A DNA stretch of 55,792 nucleotides from a virus (lineage: Duplodnaviria > Caudoviricetes): positions 1 to 55,792 of IMG/VR virus record IMGVR_UViG_3300011339_000921; one strand, 5' to 3'. The notes below the pieces were generated by a model. It made no database searches, was not told the origin of the DNA, and saw nothing but the letters and a program-made list of their open reading frames with translations. Shown in pieces: positions 36,951 through 46,882 of the stretch (positions within the stretch are counted from its first letter, which is position 1; the number at the start of each line of letters is the position of its first letter). Position numbers and translations under genes: made by a program.

Positions 36951-39900
36951 TACACTGCACCTCCGACAGCCTTCAGCATATCTTCAATTCCACGCTGAGG
37001 CTTCGCAATCTTTTTCACGTCCTTGCGCCCGGCCCCTTTGCGTACCATCTGCCGCATGCGGTCAAGGCGGCGGACGCCTTCATCGGTCGAACCGTCGCCA
37101 AGATCGGCAACATCCTGCGCGCTCCAGACGTATTCGCCGTCAGAAAGCCAAGCGGGGATCTTGTCCTCCTGACCGCTGCCGATTCCGCTAACCCTACCCG
37201 GACCCATGTGGCCGCCGCCCTTACGATACTCAATAAGGTGTCTTACCATATCGTCGTCGACTTCACCACCTTCGGCCATTGTTGGGCCGTCGGTCACGGT
37301 GCGCGTACCATAGAACTGACCCGCGTCGTTTATGCCGTAATCTTCATAACCGGGATTCGCCGCGCGAACCTGATCGAGCGTTGGGAGAGCGCCCGGTGTG
37401 GTCGTGGTTACGTTGCGGAAGCCATAGTACTGGCCATCGGGCCCCTGCTCGATACGAGTAAAGCCCGGATTCGCAGCCTGATAATCAGCAATTGTTGCCG
37501 CGCGCGTCGAGGCAGGCGTCGTGCGCGTGCCAACATACTGCCCGGCCGCGTTTACGCTGTAATTTTCGTAACCGGGATTCGCCGCGCGGATCTGTTCCAG
37601 CGTCATGCCCGGCGCCCCGGGGACGTCAACTGTCCGCGACCCGACATATTGTCCCGCAGCGTTCTGCTCGATGCTCTCAAAGTCTGAGTTGAACGCGCGA
37701 TAGTCTTCAACCGTTGGGTTGAACGTGCCGCCCGCAGTCACGCGCAGGCCTGTAGCTGGTGCGCCGCTTGCCGTGTAGCCCGGGATAGGCTCGCCAAACC
37801 ACCGGCCATCGGCACCCTGACGGATGTTCGTGTAACCGGGGTAGGCAGCTTGAATTTCAGCAGCGGTCGCGGCGGGACCGGGTGTGCCAGCCGTCGTCGT
37901 GCCAGTCGTTGCGGTGCCAGCACCGCCCGCCGTGGTCGTGCCGCCAGTTGTCCCACCGATGCCAGCCGTAGTTCCGGTTGTCGTCCCGGTGGCAGGCAGG
38001 TTGCGGAAGAAACTCAACTCGCCGCTCCGCTGCCCGTAGGTGAACGGATCGTCGTTATAGGAGTTGCGCACACGACCGCCGCCGATTCCCCCTACGGTGT
38101 AGCCGGTGCCGGTGTCCACAGTGCCACCACCACCGCCCCCGCCGCCAACAGTGTCAGCGAGCAAGCCAATCAGAGGGCTTAGACCGGCAATCGTTCTTAG
38201 CGTGGATAGGACTTTCTGCTTCGTAGTTGGGCCCGCTCGGCTGTCACCCAAGATTCGGTTAACAATCTCGGCATCGATCACGCTCTGCGGCAGGATGTTC
38301 AGCGGTTGACGCTGTTCAGTGACATCAGTTCTAGCCGAGGGCGTTTGAACCGGCAGAACAACGGTTTCCGTGCGCCTTGTTGGGGTGCCCGTGCTTGGAG
38401 TCTGTATTGGTACGACGGGCGTGGTCGTGTCGCCGCCGCCCTGCTGGGTGCCCGTGCTTGGAGTCTGTATTGGTACGACGGGCGTGGTCGTGTCGCCGCC
38501 GCCCTGCTGGGTGCCCGTGCTTGGAGTCTGTATTGGCACGACGGGCGTGGTCGTGTCGCCGCCGCCCTGCTGGGTGCCCGTGCTTGGAGTCTGTATTGGC
38601 ACGACGGGCGCGGTCGTGTCGCTGCCGCCCTGCTGGGTGCCCGTGCTTGGAGTCTGTATTGGCACGACGGGCGCGGTCGTGTCGCTGCCGCCCTGCTGGG
38701 TGCCCGTGCTTGGAGTCTGTATTGGCACGACGGGCGTGGTCGTGTCGCCGCCGCCCTGCTGGGTGCCCGTGCTTGGAGTCTGTATTGGTACGACGGGCGC
38801 GGTCGTGTCGCTGCCGCCAGTGTCTGTGTTTACAGTAGACTCGGCGAGCGGTCCCCCAATGCCGGAGACAGTACCAGTGCCTGTGTTTACAGTCGGTGGT
38901 ACAGGCGGCGGTGGCCTGTTGTCGCCACCACCAGTGTCCGTATTTACAGTAGACCCGGCGAGCGCTCCCCCAATGCCGGCGACAGCACCGGTGGCCGCGC
39001 CAGCCCCCGCGTTAGCCAAGGTTGAGGCCGCGCTACCCGCAACGCTACCTGCGGCGCCAGCCTTCAAAGACACTGCGAAGTCTAAAGCCGCCTGACTTCC
39101 GGGAATTAAGCCCTCTTTGATAATGTCCCCGGCGGCGTTGCTAAGCTGCCCAGCATTTGTAAGAAAATACCCTTCAGGGTATCCGTTCATAAACGCGTTA
39201 TATGCAGCGCGACCGCCAAAGTCTTCGGGCCTCAGGCTGTTAAGATAATCTACAGATTTTTGATTAATATCGGCCTGATTGATAACATCCTGACCAATAT
39301 CGCCTATACCCGTGGCCGCGAGGTTTCCAACAATGCTGCCAAGACTTGCACTCAGGCCTGCACCCGCTATCCTAGGACCAAGCACCGTTATAAGGGCGTC
39401 ATCAAGAGCGCTGGAAGCAATGTCGCCGCCAATGCCGGCACCGACGTTGGCAGCGCCCGGTGCGATACTAGACGCGGTCGCTCCGAGATTTTGACCCGCA
39501 ACATTGGTGGCGCCGCCTGCATCCGGCATCACGCCCTTCAAAACGCCAGTGGTTAAACCTGATATGCCCGCGTTTATTAAAGATTGTTCAATATTTCTGC
39601 CAACCGCCAAGTTGCCAGCAAGGGATCCGGCCGCAGAACCAAGACCGGCGCCGAGGGCGGAGGCGCTGCCCGCAACCGCCCCACCTTGAATCAACGGGCC
39701 AAGAGCGCCGGCGCCCATGACAGAAAGAGCAATCGGTATAAGGGTCTCAAGCGCCCCCATGTTATTTTCTTTGTTGGCGTACACGTCTTCAAACGCCGTG
39801 ATCGGTTCTCCCGTGCGCGTCGCGGCCTGCACTTCCTTCTGCAGGCGTACATCGATTGCAGCGCCGCCCTGCGCGGAAATCTCATTCGCAGCATCAACTA

Positions 39901-40333
39901 ATTTAGCAACCTCAGCAGGCGAAGACGCCGTCCCGATTACCTCGCCGCCAATTACAAGCCTGTAGTTCGTTCCCGGCAGCGGCTGAAAATCAAGATTTTC
40001 GTATTCCGTGTTGCCCTTCAAGGACAGGACTGGCGCCGTCTGCGCGTATCCATACAGCGGATCCAGCGGGCTGAGCGTGCCGGCTTGCCCCACCATTAAC
40101 CCGCCGGGCACATTAACCCCGGCCTGCGCCCGAGCCTGCATAAGAGCCGCTGAAGCCTGAAGATCAGCCATCTCCTGCGGAGACAGCGTTGCGGCTGCGT
40201 TCGGCTGAGCTATTGCCGTTGTCGCCGCCGGAGCCCCAATGCCAGACACGGTGCTGGCCGCGTTATCGGGCTCAACAGTCATCTGCCCCGCGGGATCGTA
40301 ATAATATTCTTGATCCTCGAACCCGTAAGCCAT
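36950..40333 (-). CDS. Putative internal virion protein with two repeat families
   Basis: 1127 aa; Gly/Ala hydrophobic segments; C-terminal G.G.GQED.IPA.LSDGEYV domain. Confidence 0.7.
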   Translation of the reverse strand: MAYGFEDQEYYYDPAGQMTVEPDNAASTVSGIGAPAATTAIAQPNAAATLSPQEMADLQASAALMQARAQAGVNVPGGLMVGQAGTLSPLDPLYGYAQTAPVLSLKGNTEYENLDFQPLPGTNYRLVIGGEVIGTASSPAEVAKLVDAANEISAQGGAAIDVRLQKEVQAATRTGEPITAFEDVYANKENNMGALETLIPIALSVMGAGALGPLIQGGAVAGSASALGAGLGSAAGSLAGNLAVGRNIEQSLINAGISGLTTGVLKGVMPDAGGATNVAGQNLGATASSIAPGAANVGAGIGGDIASSALDDALITVLGPRIAGAGLSASLGSIVGNLAATGIGDIGQDVINQADINQKSVDYLNSLRPEDFGGRAAYNAFMNGYPEGYFLTNAGQLSNAAGDIIKEGLIPGSQAALDFAVSLKAGAAGSVAGSAASTLANAGAGAATGAVAGIGGALAGSTVNTDTGGGDNRPPPPVPPTVNTGTGTVSGIGGPLAESTVNTDTGGSDTTAPVVPIQTPSTGTQQGGGDTTTPVVPIQTPSTGTQQGGSDTTAPVVPIQTPSTGTQQGGSDTTAPVVPIQTPSTGTQQGGGDTTTPVVPIQTPSTGTQQGGGDTTTPVVPIQTPSTGTQQGGGDTTTPVVPIQTPSTGTPTRRTETVVLPVQTPSARTDVTEQRQPLNILPQSVIDAEIVNRILGDSRAGPTTKQKVLSTLRTIAGLSPLIGLLADTVGGGGGGGGTVDTGTGYTVGGIGGGRVRNSYNDDPFTYGQRSGELSFFRNLPATGTTTGTTAGIGGTTGGTTTAGGAGTATTGTTTAGTPGPAATAAEIQAAYPGYTNIRQGADGRWFGEPIPGYTASGAPATGLRVTAGGTFNPTVEDYRAFNSDFESIEQNAAGQYVGSRTVDVPGAPGMTLEQIRAANPGYENYSVNAAGQYVGTRTTPASTRAATIADYQAANPGFTRIEQGPDGQYYGFRNVTTTTPGALPTLDQVRAANPGYEDYGINDAGQFYGTRTVTDGPTMAEGGEVDDDMVRHLIEYRKGGGHMGPGRVSGIGSGQEDKIPAWLSDGEYVWSAQDVADLGDGSTDEGVRRLDRMRQMVRKGAGRKDVKKIAKPQRGIEDMLKAVGGAV
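38383..38818. repeat. 63-bp coding tandem repeat, 7 copies
   Basis: Encodes GG(S/G)DTT(A/T)PVVPIQTPSTGTQQ. Confidence 0.95.
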
Positions 40334-40337
40334 GACA

Positions 40338-40595
40338 CTAGGATCCCTGACTAATCACATCATTGAAACGCATGGCCCACTCACGCCAATCGTCGAACTG
40401 GTACGCGTTCGGGACACCCAAACCGGCGAGAGACGCGATACTTGATAACCCAGAGGCCCAGTTTTTCCAATCTCTTTCATCCATCAGCCGGATGGCCACG
40501 CCGAAGTCCTCGATGGAAGGGAACATAAAGTCAGCCCACTCCACCACGTTGTCAACGATGCGGGGGTCGATGGTGGTGGTGATGATCTTTGCCAT
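40338..40595 (-). CDS. Small Trp-rich virion protein
   Basis: MAKIITTTIDPR...WKNWA...FDDWREWA. Confidence 0.65.
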   Translation of the reverse strand: MAKIITTTIDPRIVDNVVEWADFMFPSIEDFGVAIRLMDERDWKNWASGLSSIASLAGLGVPNAYQFDDWREWAMRFNDVISQGS

Positions 40596-40596
40596 C

Positions 40597-42201
40597 TTAA
40601 CTCTGATACCGCCCGTCAGCCGCTTCGATGTGGACAACGATTTGCCCCATCTGATAATTTCCACCCACCGTGTTGGACGCAAAGCGGAAGCGCAGTTCGC
40701 GGCGCTGCTCCTTGAAGAACACCTGCTGCTCGTACTTCTCTGACGCCACCGCGGGGAATGAACGCAGCGGCCCAGAGACCTCAGGCGCCCGCGCGTTGAT
40801 ACGGCCCGTGATCTGCACGGTCATGTCGCCCGACTGAACGAAGTCAGGCTCCATCATCTCGACGTGGATCGATCGATTCTTCGGCGGATCTGAGATGATC
40901 AGCGCGATGTCGCCGGTTTCGAAGAAGCTCTCGACCGCGTTGATCTGAGCGCCATCGATCTCGTCCACGCCGAACTCGTGCTGCCAGATTTTGTAACGCG
41001 TCGGCCCGTTGCTCACCACGCGAGTCTGGTTGCTCTCAGTGATTCGGACATCGTTATTCTGCGCGATGCGGATGTCAGGCACACCGGGGCTGATAGGGTC
41101 GATGCCCGCGAGGATCGGCTCGTTCAGGGAGCCCGAATAGATACCGGCAGAGCGCCCGGAGTTCGGTAGCTGCGTGTCGTACCATGTGTTTTCGCGGAAG
41201 TTATAGATCACCGCATGCGTGCATTCGGTCGCCTCGCCACGCGGATAGCACCACCAGATCTCGCCAAACCGCGGGACCTTGTAGGCGAAAATCTTGTTGG
41301 CGTATGGCCGGTTCAGACCGTCAAAAAAGTAGTTGATATTCAAGTTGTTAGGCACTTCGCGAACGACGCCGTTGTACATCATGAAGCGGCCGTCGCCGAC
41401 CCAGAAGTAGATCCCATCATACTCAATCACGCTGTTCGTTGCGATGATCGACGACGACGAACTGATCGTGTCGAACGCGAAAATGTCGATGCCGCCGGTG
41501 TAGTAGCACCGAATCAGGCTATCCAGCGTCCACAGCAGACCGGCCGGGTTCTGGCCACCACCGCGCAGAGGCAGGCCCTTGACGATCTTCGAGGAGGAGA
41601 TAAAGGCGTCGCCCGCGTCCCCGGTCACGAAGTTCGTCGGGTCATTGGCGTCGGACCACTTCACGTAGCCGTTCGACGAAAACATGAACAGGTAGGGGTG
41701 GAACACCGCGATGCCGCCAGACACGCCAGCCGTGGGGATGGACGTCAGCGGCGCGGTCCCGTCGATGATACCAAGGTAGGCAGAGTAAATGCTGTCAGTC
41801 GAAATGTCGTCAGCGGAATTCGCTGCGTGAGCGATCAGTGCGGTCGCGCTGCCGGCGCCGTCGTAGAGTGCATCAAACTGCCACATGAAACCGTTGCCGC
41901 CGACATAGCCGGCTGGCGTGCGATCGATCACGGAACTCGTGTTGCCCAGAGTGTCGATGGTCATGCGCTGGACGCCGGCGCCGTAGCCCATGTGCGTGTA
42001 GGTAAAATTGTTCGTCTGCTGCAGGTGAAACTGCCGCACGACTCCCTCAGCGTAATTGCTAATCTGGCGGTATCCACCGATCTTACGCGGCAGCCCGCGC
42101 TGAAACCGCACCCACTGCCCATCGACATAGAAGTTGCCTTCGAACTTCGTGCCGTCGCGCTTGATGCCGGCCTCTGATCTGACGTTGACGGGTACGAGCA
42201 T
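40597..42201 (-). CDS. Tail nozzle/stabilisation protein (P22 gp10-like)
   Basis: Beta-propeller-like composition; WVRFQRGLPRKIGG, FGEIWWCYP motifs; position in tail module. Confidence 0.75.
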   Translation of the reverse strand: MLVPVNVRSEAGIKRDGTKFEGNFYVDGQWVRFQRGLPRKIGGYRQISNYAEGVVRQFHLQQTNNFTYTHMGYGAGVQRMTIDTLGNTSSVIDRTPAGYVGGNGFMWQFDALYDGAGSATALIAHAANSADDISTDSIYSAYLGIIDGTAPLTSIPTAGVSGGIAVFHPYLFMFSSNGYVKWSDANDPTNFVTGDAGDAFISSSKIVKGLPLRGGGQNPAGLLWTLDSLIRCYYTGGIDIFAFDTISSSSSIIATNSVIEYDGIYFWVGDGRFMMYNGVVREVPNNLNINYFFDGLNRPYANKIFAYKVPRFGEIWWCYPRGEATECTHAVIYNFRENTWYDTQLPNSGRSAGIYSGSLNEPILAGIDPISPGVPDIRIAQNNDVRITESNQTRVVSNGPTRYKIWQHEFGVDEIDGAQINAVESFFETGDIALIISDPPKNRSIHVEMMEPDFVQSGDMTVQITGRINARAPEVSGPLRSFPAVASEKYEQQVFFKEQRRELRFRFASNTVGGNYQMGQIVVHIEAADGRYQS

Positions 42202-42234
42202 GAAGCGATTTTCCCAGACCGATTAAGCCGGCAT

Positions 42235-42690
42235 TTATAGCGTGTCCGCGAGACGGAAAAGGTCGTCGATCTGCTCGTCGGTCAGACCGAGAGACGCGCC
42301 AAGGCCAGCCACAAGCTCGCTATCTCGGCGCACAGTCGAGCGATACTCCCACTCAATCCGCGCCGTTTCGCGCTGCGCCGCATCCGGGATGGCGTCGATG
42401 GCAGTATCCACCTGAGGCAGTAGGCCAGCTTGGAACAGGGCCAGACGCGCCTGCGCCATCTCAACGCGTTCAGGAACCGGGACAGGCTGAGGCGGGGGTA
42501 AAACGACCTCCACCCACACTTGGCGCCATACCCCGTTATCAAAAACAGGATCTGACTCTACAAGCCCGTACCCCGGCGCGGGATCGTGGCGCGGGGTTGG
42601 CAGCACCATGACGATGCCCTCAGCCTCCAGCACAGACACGTCGACGCCGGGTGGAACGCTGCCGTCAGGATTAAGGAGAAACTGCTTCAT
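42235..42690 (-). CDS. Putative tail-fibre assembly protein
   Basis: QARLAL...IEWEY...LGLTDEQIDDLF; follows fibre gene. Confidence 0.65.
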   Translation of the reverse strand: MKQFLLNPDGSVPPGVDVSVLEAEGIVMVLPTPRHDPAPGYGLVESDPVFDNGVWRQVWVEVVLPPPQPVPVPERVEMAQARLALFQAGLLPQVDTAIDAIPDAAQRETARIEWEYRSTVRRDSELVAGLGASLGLTDEQIDDLFRLADTL

Positions 42691-42699
42691 GACGATGCC

Positions 42700-45351
42700 T
42701 CAGAAGAATGTAATGACAACTACATAGCCGCCGCCGCCATTCCCTCCGGCCCCGCTATTAAAGCTACCAGAAGCCGCGCCACCGCCGCCACCACCCCCTC
42801 CGGGGAACCCACCAGTTGCTCCGTTTACACCGGCTGTGGAAGTGGCGCCGCCACCGCCGCCGCCCGAACCGCCTCCGGTAACAGCGGTAGCCGCGCCGCC
42901 CGCAGTCGCGGCTCCCCCGCTGGCATTGCCGCCGCCGCCTCCGCCGCCAGTATTATCCCTGCCGGTCCCGGCAACGCCACCGCCTTGGCCTCCGGTGCCA
43001 CCGCTCGCACCAGTTGTGACGTTCGCGGCAAAACCTGCGCCCCCACCACCGCCGCCGCCGCGAGATGCCGATTGGCGACCGCTGCTTCCGTTCGTCGTGG
43101 CTCCGTCGCCGCCAGCAGCGGTAAACGCGTTCCCGAAATTATATACGCCTTCATATTTTGCAGCACCGGTAGAGCCGCCCGTGCCGCTGCTAGTAGTCCC
43201 CGCGCTGCCTCCGTTGCTGGTGCTAGAAGCGCTTGCATAATAAATACTAGAGCCGTTCCAAACATAGCTAGAACCACCGGTTCCGCCGGAATTGCCATTC
43301 GTAGCATCAACGGTTTGCGCAACCCCGCCAGTGCCGCCACTGCCAACAACAACGCTAAGAGATGACGGGAGAGCGGTCGCGGCGTACCACGCCTCGTCAA
43401 CGCCGCCCCCTCCGCCACCACCGCCACCGGACGCGGCAGTCGTCGCAATGTTGGCAGCGCCGCGCCTGCGCCCGCTTCCACCGCCACCACCACCTTGGAC
43501 GGCCATCATGTAGACGAGCTTAGCTCCCGACGGCTTCGTCCAAGTAGAAGATCCTGCAATGGAAAACTGCTGAATATTTGCCGTTGCCGCGGCTCCAAGC
43601 GAGACCAATGCCGTCGCTGCCGTTGTCGCGCCAGTGCCGCCGTTGGCAATCGCCAGCGTGCCAGTCACGCCAGTACCCAGCGGCACAAAACTCCAGCTTG
43701 GGTTTGTACCATCGGTGGTAATGAACTTCCCGGCGTTACCAGTCTGGCCCGGAAGGGCTGTAGACAGAGAAGTCGCGGTCACGAAGGCCGTGGTCGCCAG
43801 CTGCGTTGTGCTAGTTCCTAAGGTGGCAGTCGGCGCGGTTGGCGTGCCGGTGAAAGCGGGGCTCTCACTCAGGGCAAGCACCGTTCCGGTGCCATTCGTC
43901 GTATAAGACGTGCCCCACGCAGTTCCAGTGGAATAGGCGATGCCGGCACCCGGGAAGGCATCCGGTCCGGTGTTGGCAATCGTGATCGAGCCCGTGCCGT
44001 TTGTAATCGTGATGCCGGCGCCAGCGGTGAGGGTTGATTTCGCCAGCGTGTTACCGGTCGTGTTACCGATAAGCAGTTGACCATTCGTAAAGGTCGTCTG
44101 ACCAGTCCCGCCCTGCGCTACGCTCAGCGGCGTCGTCAGGGCTGAGAGAGACGTAATGTCAGCATTAGCACCCGCGCCAGCCGCGCCGATGGCGGCACGA
44201 GCAGTGGCAGGGTTTATGGCCGTGAAAAGCCCAATGCCGAGCGACGTGCCGCCCAGATTGATAAGGGCGTTCCCCGCGGTCGTCGCGCCCGTGCCGCCCT
44301 GAGCTATGCCGATCGGCGTCGACAGATTGTTCGTGTCGGCCTCGACGACGTTCGTGCCGTCACAATACAAGATCGCGGCGCCGTTCTGGATAACGGAAAT
44401 ACCGGTGCCGGCCGCGGTCTTCACCGTCAGGCTGTAGGCGCCGGTCGTGACGTTCCGCACCCAGTACTGCTGAATCGTGTTCGGCACGATGATCTGCATG
44501 TTCGCGGTGAGGATGCCGCTGAACTGGTAGGCGATGCGGTTCAGGTTTGTTCCCGACAGCGTGTACGGGCTGGGCAGCCCGGTCAGGCTGATCGACACGT
44601 AGTCGAATGCAAACGTCGCGCTCTGGCCGTAGCCAATGGTGTAGAAATTCGCACCGTCGGTCAGAATCCGCGCGCTGTCACCCGGGTTGAAGGTGAGAGA
44701 AGCCTGCCCGTTGATGAGTTCGCCCCCGGCCGGTGCGATGGTCAGGCCGCCGGATCCGGAGTTGCGCGCGTCGAAGAACCAGTCGTTCCCAACAGAGCCA
44801 GCCGACGGCATCGTGAACGTCCCAGCGCCGCCGTTCCAAACGAGGACGCGAGCGCGGTCCAAGGATGCAAGCGTGTAGTCAGTCGAGAGCAACGTCGTCG
44901 GGGCCGCCTGATTCAACGTCGTCGTGATGGCCTTGAGGCCGGCGCCAGCAAGCGCGCTCGCGGATGGAGCCGACGTTCCCGCGCCGTACTCGATCGAGCG
45001 CCATGTGCCGTTTATGGTCGCGTTGCCGGTGAGATAGACCTGCCACGCCTCGCCAGTTGCAATCGTCTGGATCGTGTTGCCGCCATTGTCAGCGACCGTG
45101 AACGACGACGCACCGACGTTGAAGAACAGCGCAGTCTCGCCAACCGAAGCCTGAGAGGCGTCCGGCATGCGGATCGTGAGGCCAGCCCCTGATGGGGTGA
45201 CATCCATGATCGAGGCGACGACGTTCGTGTCCGTGGCCAGTTCGGTCGGCCACGTCAGGGTCACGTTCGCAGTCAGCGCGACTGCGCGATAGCTGACGTT
45301 TGCGGAATAGACGTTCGTGCCGCCGAAGGTGTTGACAAAGGACGGACTCAT
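42700..45351 (-). CDS. Tail fibre with C-terminal glycine-rich domain
   Basis: IAQGGTG repeats, FTGTPTAPT motif, GGGGGG-rich tip. Confidence 0.85.
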   Translation of the reverse strand: MSPSFVNTFGGTNVYSANVSYRAVALTANVTLTWPTELATDTNVVASIMDVTPSGAGLTIRMPDASQASVGETALFFNVGASSFTVADNGGNTIQTIATGEAWQVYLTGNATINGTWRSIEYGAGTSAPSASALAGAGLKAITTTLNQAAPTTLLSTDYTLASLDRARVLVWNGGAGTFTMPSAGSVGNDWFFDARNSGSGGLTIAPAGGELINGQASLTFNPGDSARILTDGANFYTIGYGQSATFAFDYVSISLTGLPSPYTLSGTNLNRIAYQFSGILTANMQIIVPNTIQQYWVRNVTTGAYSLTVKTAAGTGISVIQNGAAILYCDGTNVVEADTNNLSTPIGIAQGGTGATTAGNALINLGGTSLGIGLFTAINPATARAAIGAAGAGANADITSLSALTTPLSVAQGGTGQTTFTNGQLLIGNTTGNTLAKSTLTAGAGITITNGTGSITIANTGPDAFPGAGIAYSTGTAWGTSYTTNGTGTVLALSESPAFTGTPTAPTATLGTSTTQLATTAFVTATSLSTALPGQTGNAGKFITTDGTNPSWSFVPLGTGVTGTLAIANGGTGATTAATALVSLGAAATANIQQFSIAGSSTWTKPSGAKLVYMMAVQGGGGGGSGRRRGAANIATTAASGGGGGGGGGVDEAWYAATALPSSLSVVVGSGGTGGVAQTVDATNGNSGGTGGSSYVWNGSSIYYASASSTSNGGSAGTTSSGTGGSTGAAKYEGVYNFGNAFTAAGGDGATTNGSSGRQSASRGGGGGGGAGFAANVTTGASGGTGGQGGGVAGTGRDNTGGGGGGGNASGGAATAGGAATAVTGGGSGGGGGGATSTAGVNGATGGFPGGGGGGGGAASGSFNSGAGGNGGGGYVVVITFF

Positions 45352-45968
45352 GACACTCTCTCCACCCGCGACGCTTCCTGAGACGGCTTAGATTTAATCC
45401 TAGCGTCCCTTTGCGCTTGCGTCCAAGGTCTTCCCTTCATAGCTTTCGACATTTTTTGCCGCGCTTCCTCGGAATTCATTCTTCCCTTTTGCGTTTCCGA
45501 CATTTTGCGGCGAGTTTCTTCGCTTCTCTTGGAGCCAAGGTGCTTTGCGGCGACCTTGGCAATATGCTCCGGAGAATGTTTAACTCCCCTTCTGCTGTTG
45601 AAGTAGGCGCGCTGTTTTTCAGTAACAACTCCGAGCTTTCTCCGTCCAGCTTCTTTATGAACTTCGATGGGAACTGGAACTCCATCCCCTCCACTGGTCA
45701 TGTTATAACCATTGGGCAACATAGAATTAAGCTCGGCTATAAATTTAATTTCCTCAGAGCAGGCTTGAGCGTGGGTTTCACATTCAACTAAAAGCTCAAC
45801 TGAAAACGAGTCGTTTCCGTAGGTCCTTATCGCGTCGTACAGCGCGGTTCGTTTACGCCAGCGCGCATTAAGAAGGTGCGCGTTAAAACGCTCTTCGGCG
45901 GTCTTGCCTGTGTAGCCAACATAAATCTTGCCATTCACAGAGCAGGAAATTTTGTACACCCTGTACAT
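45348..45968 (-). CDS. GIY-YIG homing endonuclease with NUMOD3-like repeats
   Basis: VYKI...KIYVGYT...RFNAH...GYNMT; HSPEH/SEETRRKMS/SEEARQKMS; AT-richer than flanks. Confidence 0.9.
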   Translation of the reverse strand: MYRVYKISCSVNGKIYVGYTGKTAEERFNAHLLNARWRKRTALYDAIRTYGNDSFSVELLVECETHAQACSEEIKFIAELNSMLPNGYNMTSGGDGVPVPIEVHKEAGRRKLGVVTEKQRAYFNSRRGVKHSPEHIAKVAAKHLGSKRSEETRRKMSETQKGRMNSEEARQKMSKAMKGRPWTQAQRDARIKSKPSQEASRVERVS

Positions 45969-46621
45969 TAGTCCTCCCTGCGGACGATGCCGCGATCAGC
46001 AATCTGGCGGATGTCTTCGCCGTTCAGCGCGGCGATGGATCGATCGTAGAATCCTTGCCAGATCGGGATGATCTCTTCGTTCTTGAGGAACGGGGCGGCC
46101 TCCAGAAGCGACGCATAGAGCAGCGAATTTGGCGCGTATTCAGTGAACCAGTTCGTTTGCACGTCGTCGCCGAGGAGGGGCGGCAGTTCGTAGTAGATGA
46201 TTTCATACGGGAAATCGTCACTCGGAGTTGGCGCAAAAAACCAATGTGAATAGTCGTAATCAGCGTAAAAACGCGGCGTCCCGGTCAGCGTTTGGTTCGG
46301 CCAGTACTGACGCATATATTCATATGCCCGCGGGAAAATCTCCTGCGTGGTGTTGTAGCCAGCGCCCGTGCCGACCCGGATGCTGACAGTTTCGCGCCAG
46401 CGATCGGGCTTGGGATAGGTGGCCTCTCCCTGCGTCATGGTCGATGACACGACGTTGACGGTGCCCTGAACCTTGAGTTCGCGGGCGAGGCGGCGCTCAG
46501 CGAGGCCGATGAGGCTGGGAAGCTGGAGGTAGACAGAGGGGTCCGTAGCGAGCGTAGCCCCGCGCTCCAGATAGTTCCGGAGGTCGTTGAGCAAGCTGCT
46601 GTAGGTCATCGCTGTGGCCAT
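45968..46621 (-). CDS. Head-tail adaptor / tail tubular protein
   Basis: LAERRLAREL, GTPRFYA, LLYASLLEAAPFLK. Confidence 0.75.
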   Translation of the reverse strand: MATAMTYSSLLNDLRNYLERGATLATDPSVYLQLPSLIGLAERRLARELKVQGTVNVVSSTMTQGEATYPKPDRWRETVSIRVGTGAGYNTTQEIFPRAYEYMRQYWPNQTLTGTPRFYADYDYSHWFFAPTPSDDFPYEIIYYELPPLLGDDVQTNWFTEYAPNSLLYASLLEAAPFLKNEEIIPIWQGFYDRSIAALNGEDIRQIADRGIVRRED

Positions 46622-46628
46622 GATGCGA

Positions 46629-46645
46629 ACCTTATACCACTTTCA
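46629..46645 (-). promoter_or_regulatory. Putative leaderless late promoter
   Basis: TGAAAGTGGTATAAGGT 7 nt before ATG 46621; near-identical to 50572-50587. Confidence 0.5.
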
Positions 46646-46882
46646 GGGCGCTACGCCAGCGGGGCATTCTGATTCGCATAGGCATACCCACTTGCTGTTG
46701 TGGATCTCGATCGACGCTACCGTCTCTCGCGTATCCTTGACGCTATCGTAGGTGATCGGCCGGGCGATCGCGCAGTAACTATTGACGGGCGCGGTCGAAA
46801 CGGTTGCGCAGCCGCTCATCACGGTCAGGGTCAGGCACAGCGACAGCCGCCTCACCCATCTCAATCTGACGCTGCACGGCAT
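46643..46882 (-). CDS. Outer-membrane spanin-like lipoprotein (Rz1-like)
   Basis: Lipobox VMSG-C; overlaps the upstream gene in another frame; start may be GTG 46855. Confidence 0.65.
   Translation of the reverse strand: MPCSVRLRWVRRLSLCLTLTVMSGCATVSTAPVNSYCAIARPITYDSVKDTRETVASIEIHNSKWVCLCESECPAGVAP

Noticed and set aside
38383-38818. Possible CRISPR array
   Set aside because: Units are contiguous with no unique spacers, stay in frame within a CDS, and no cas genes are present
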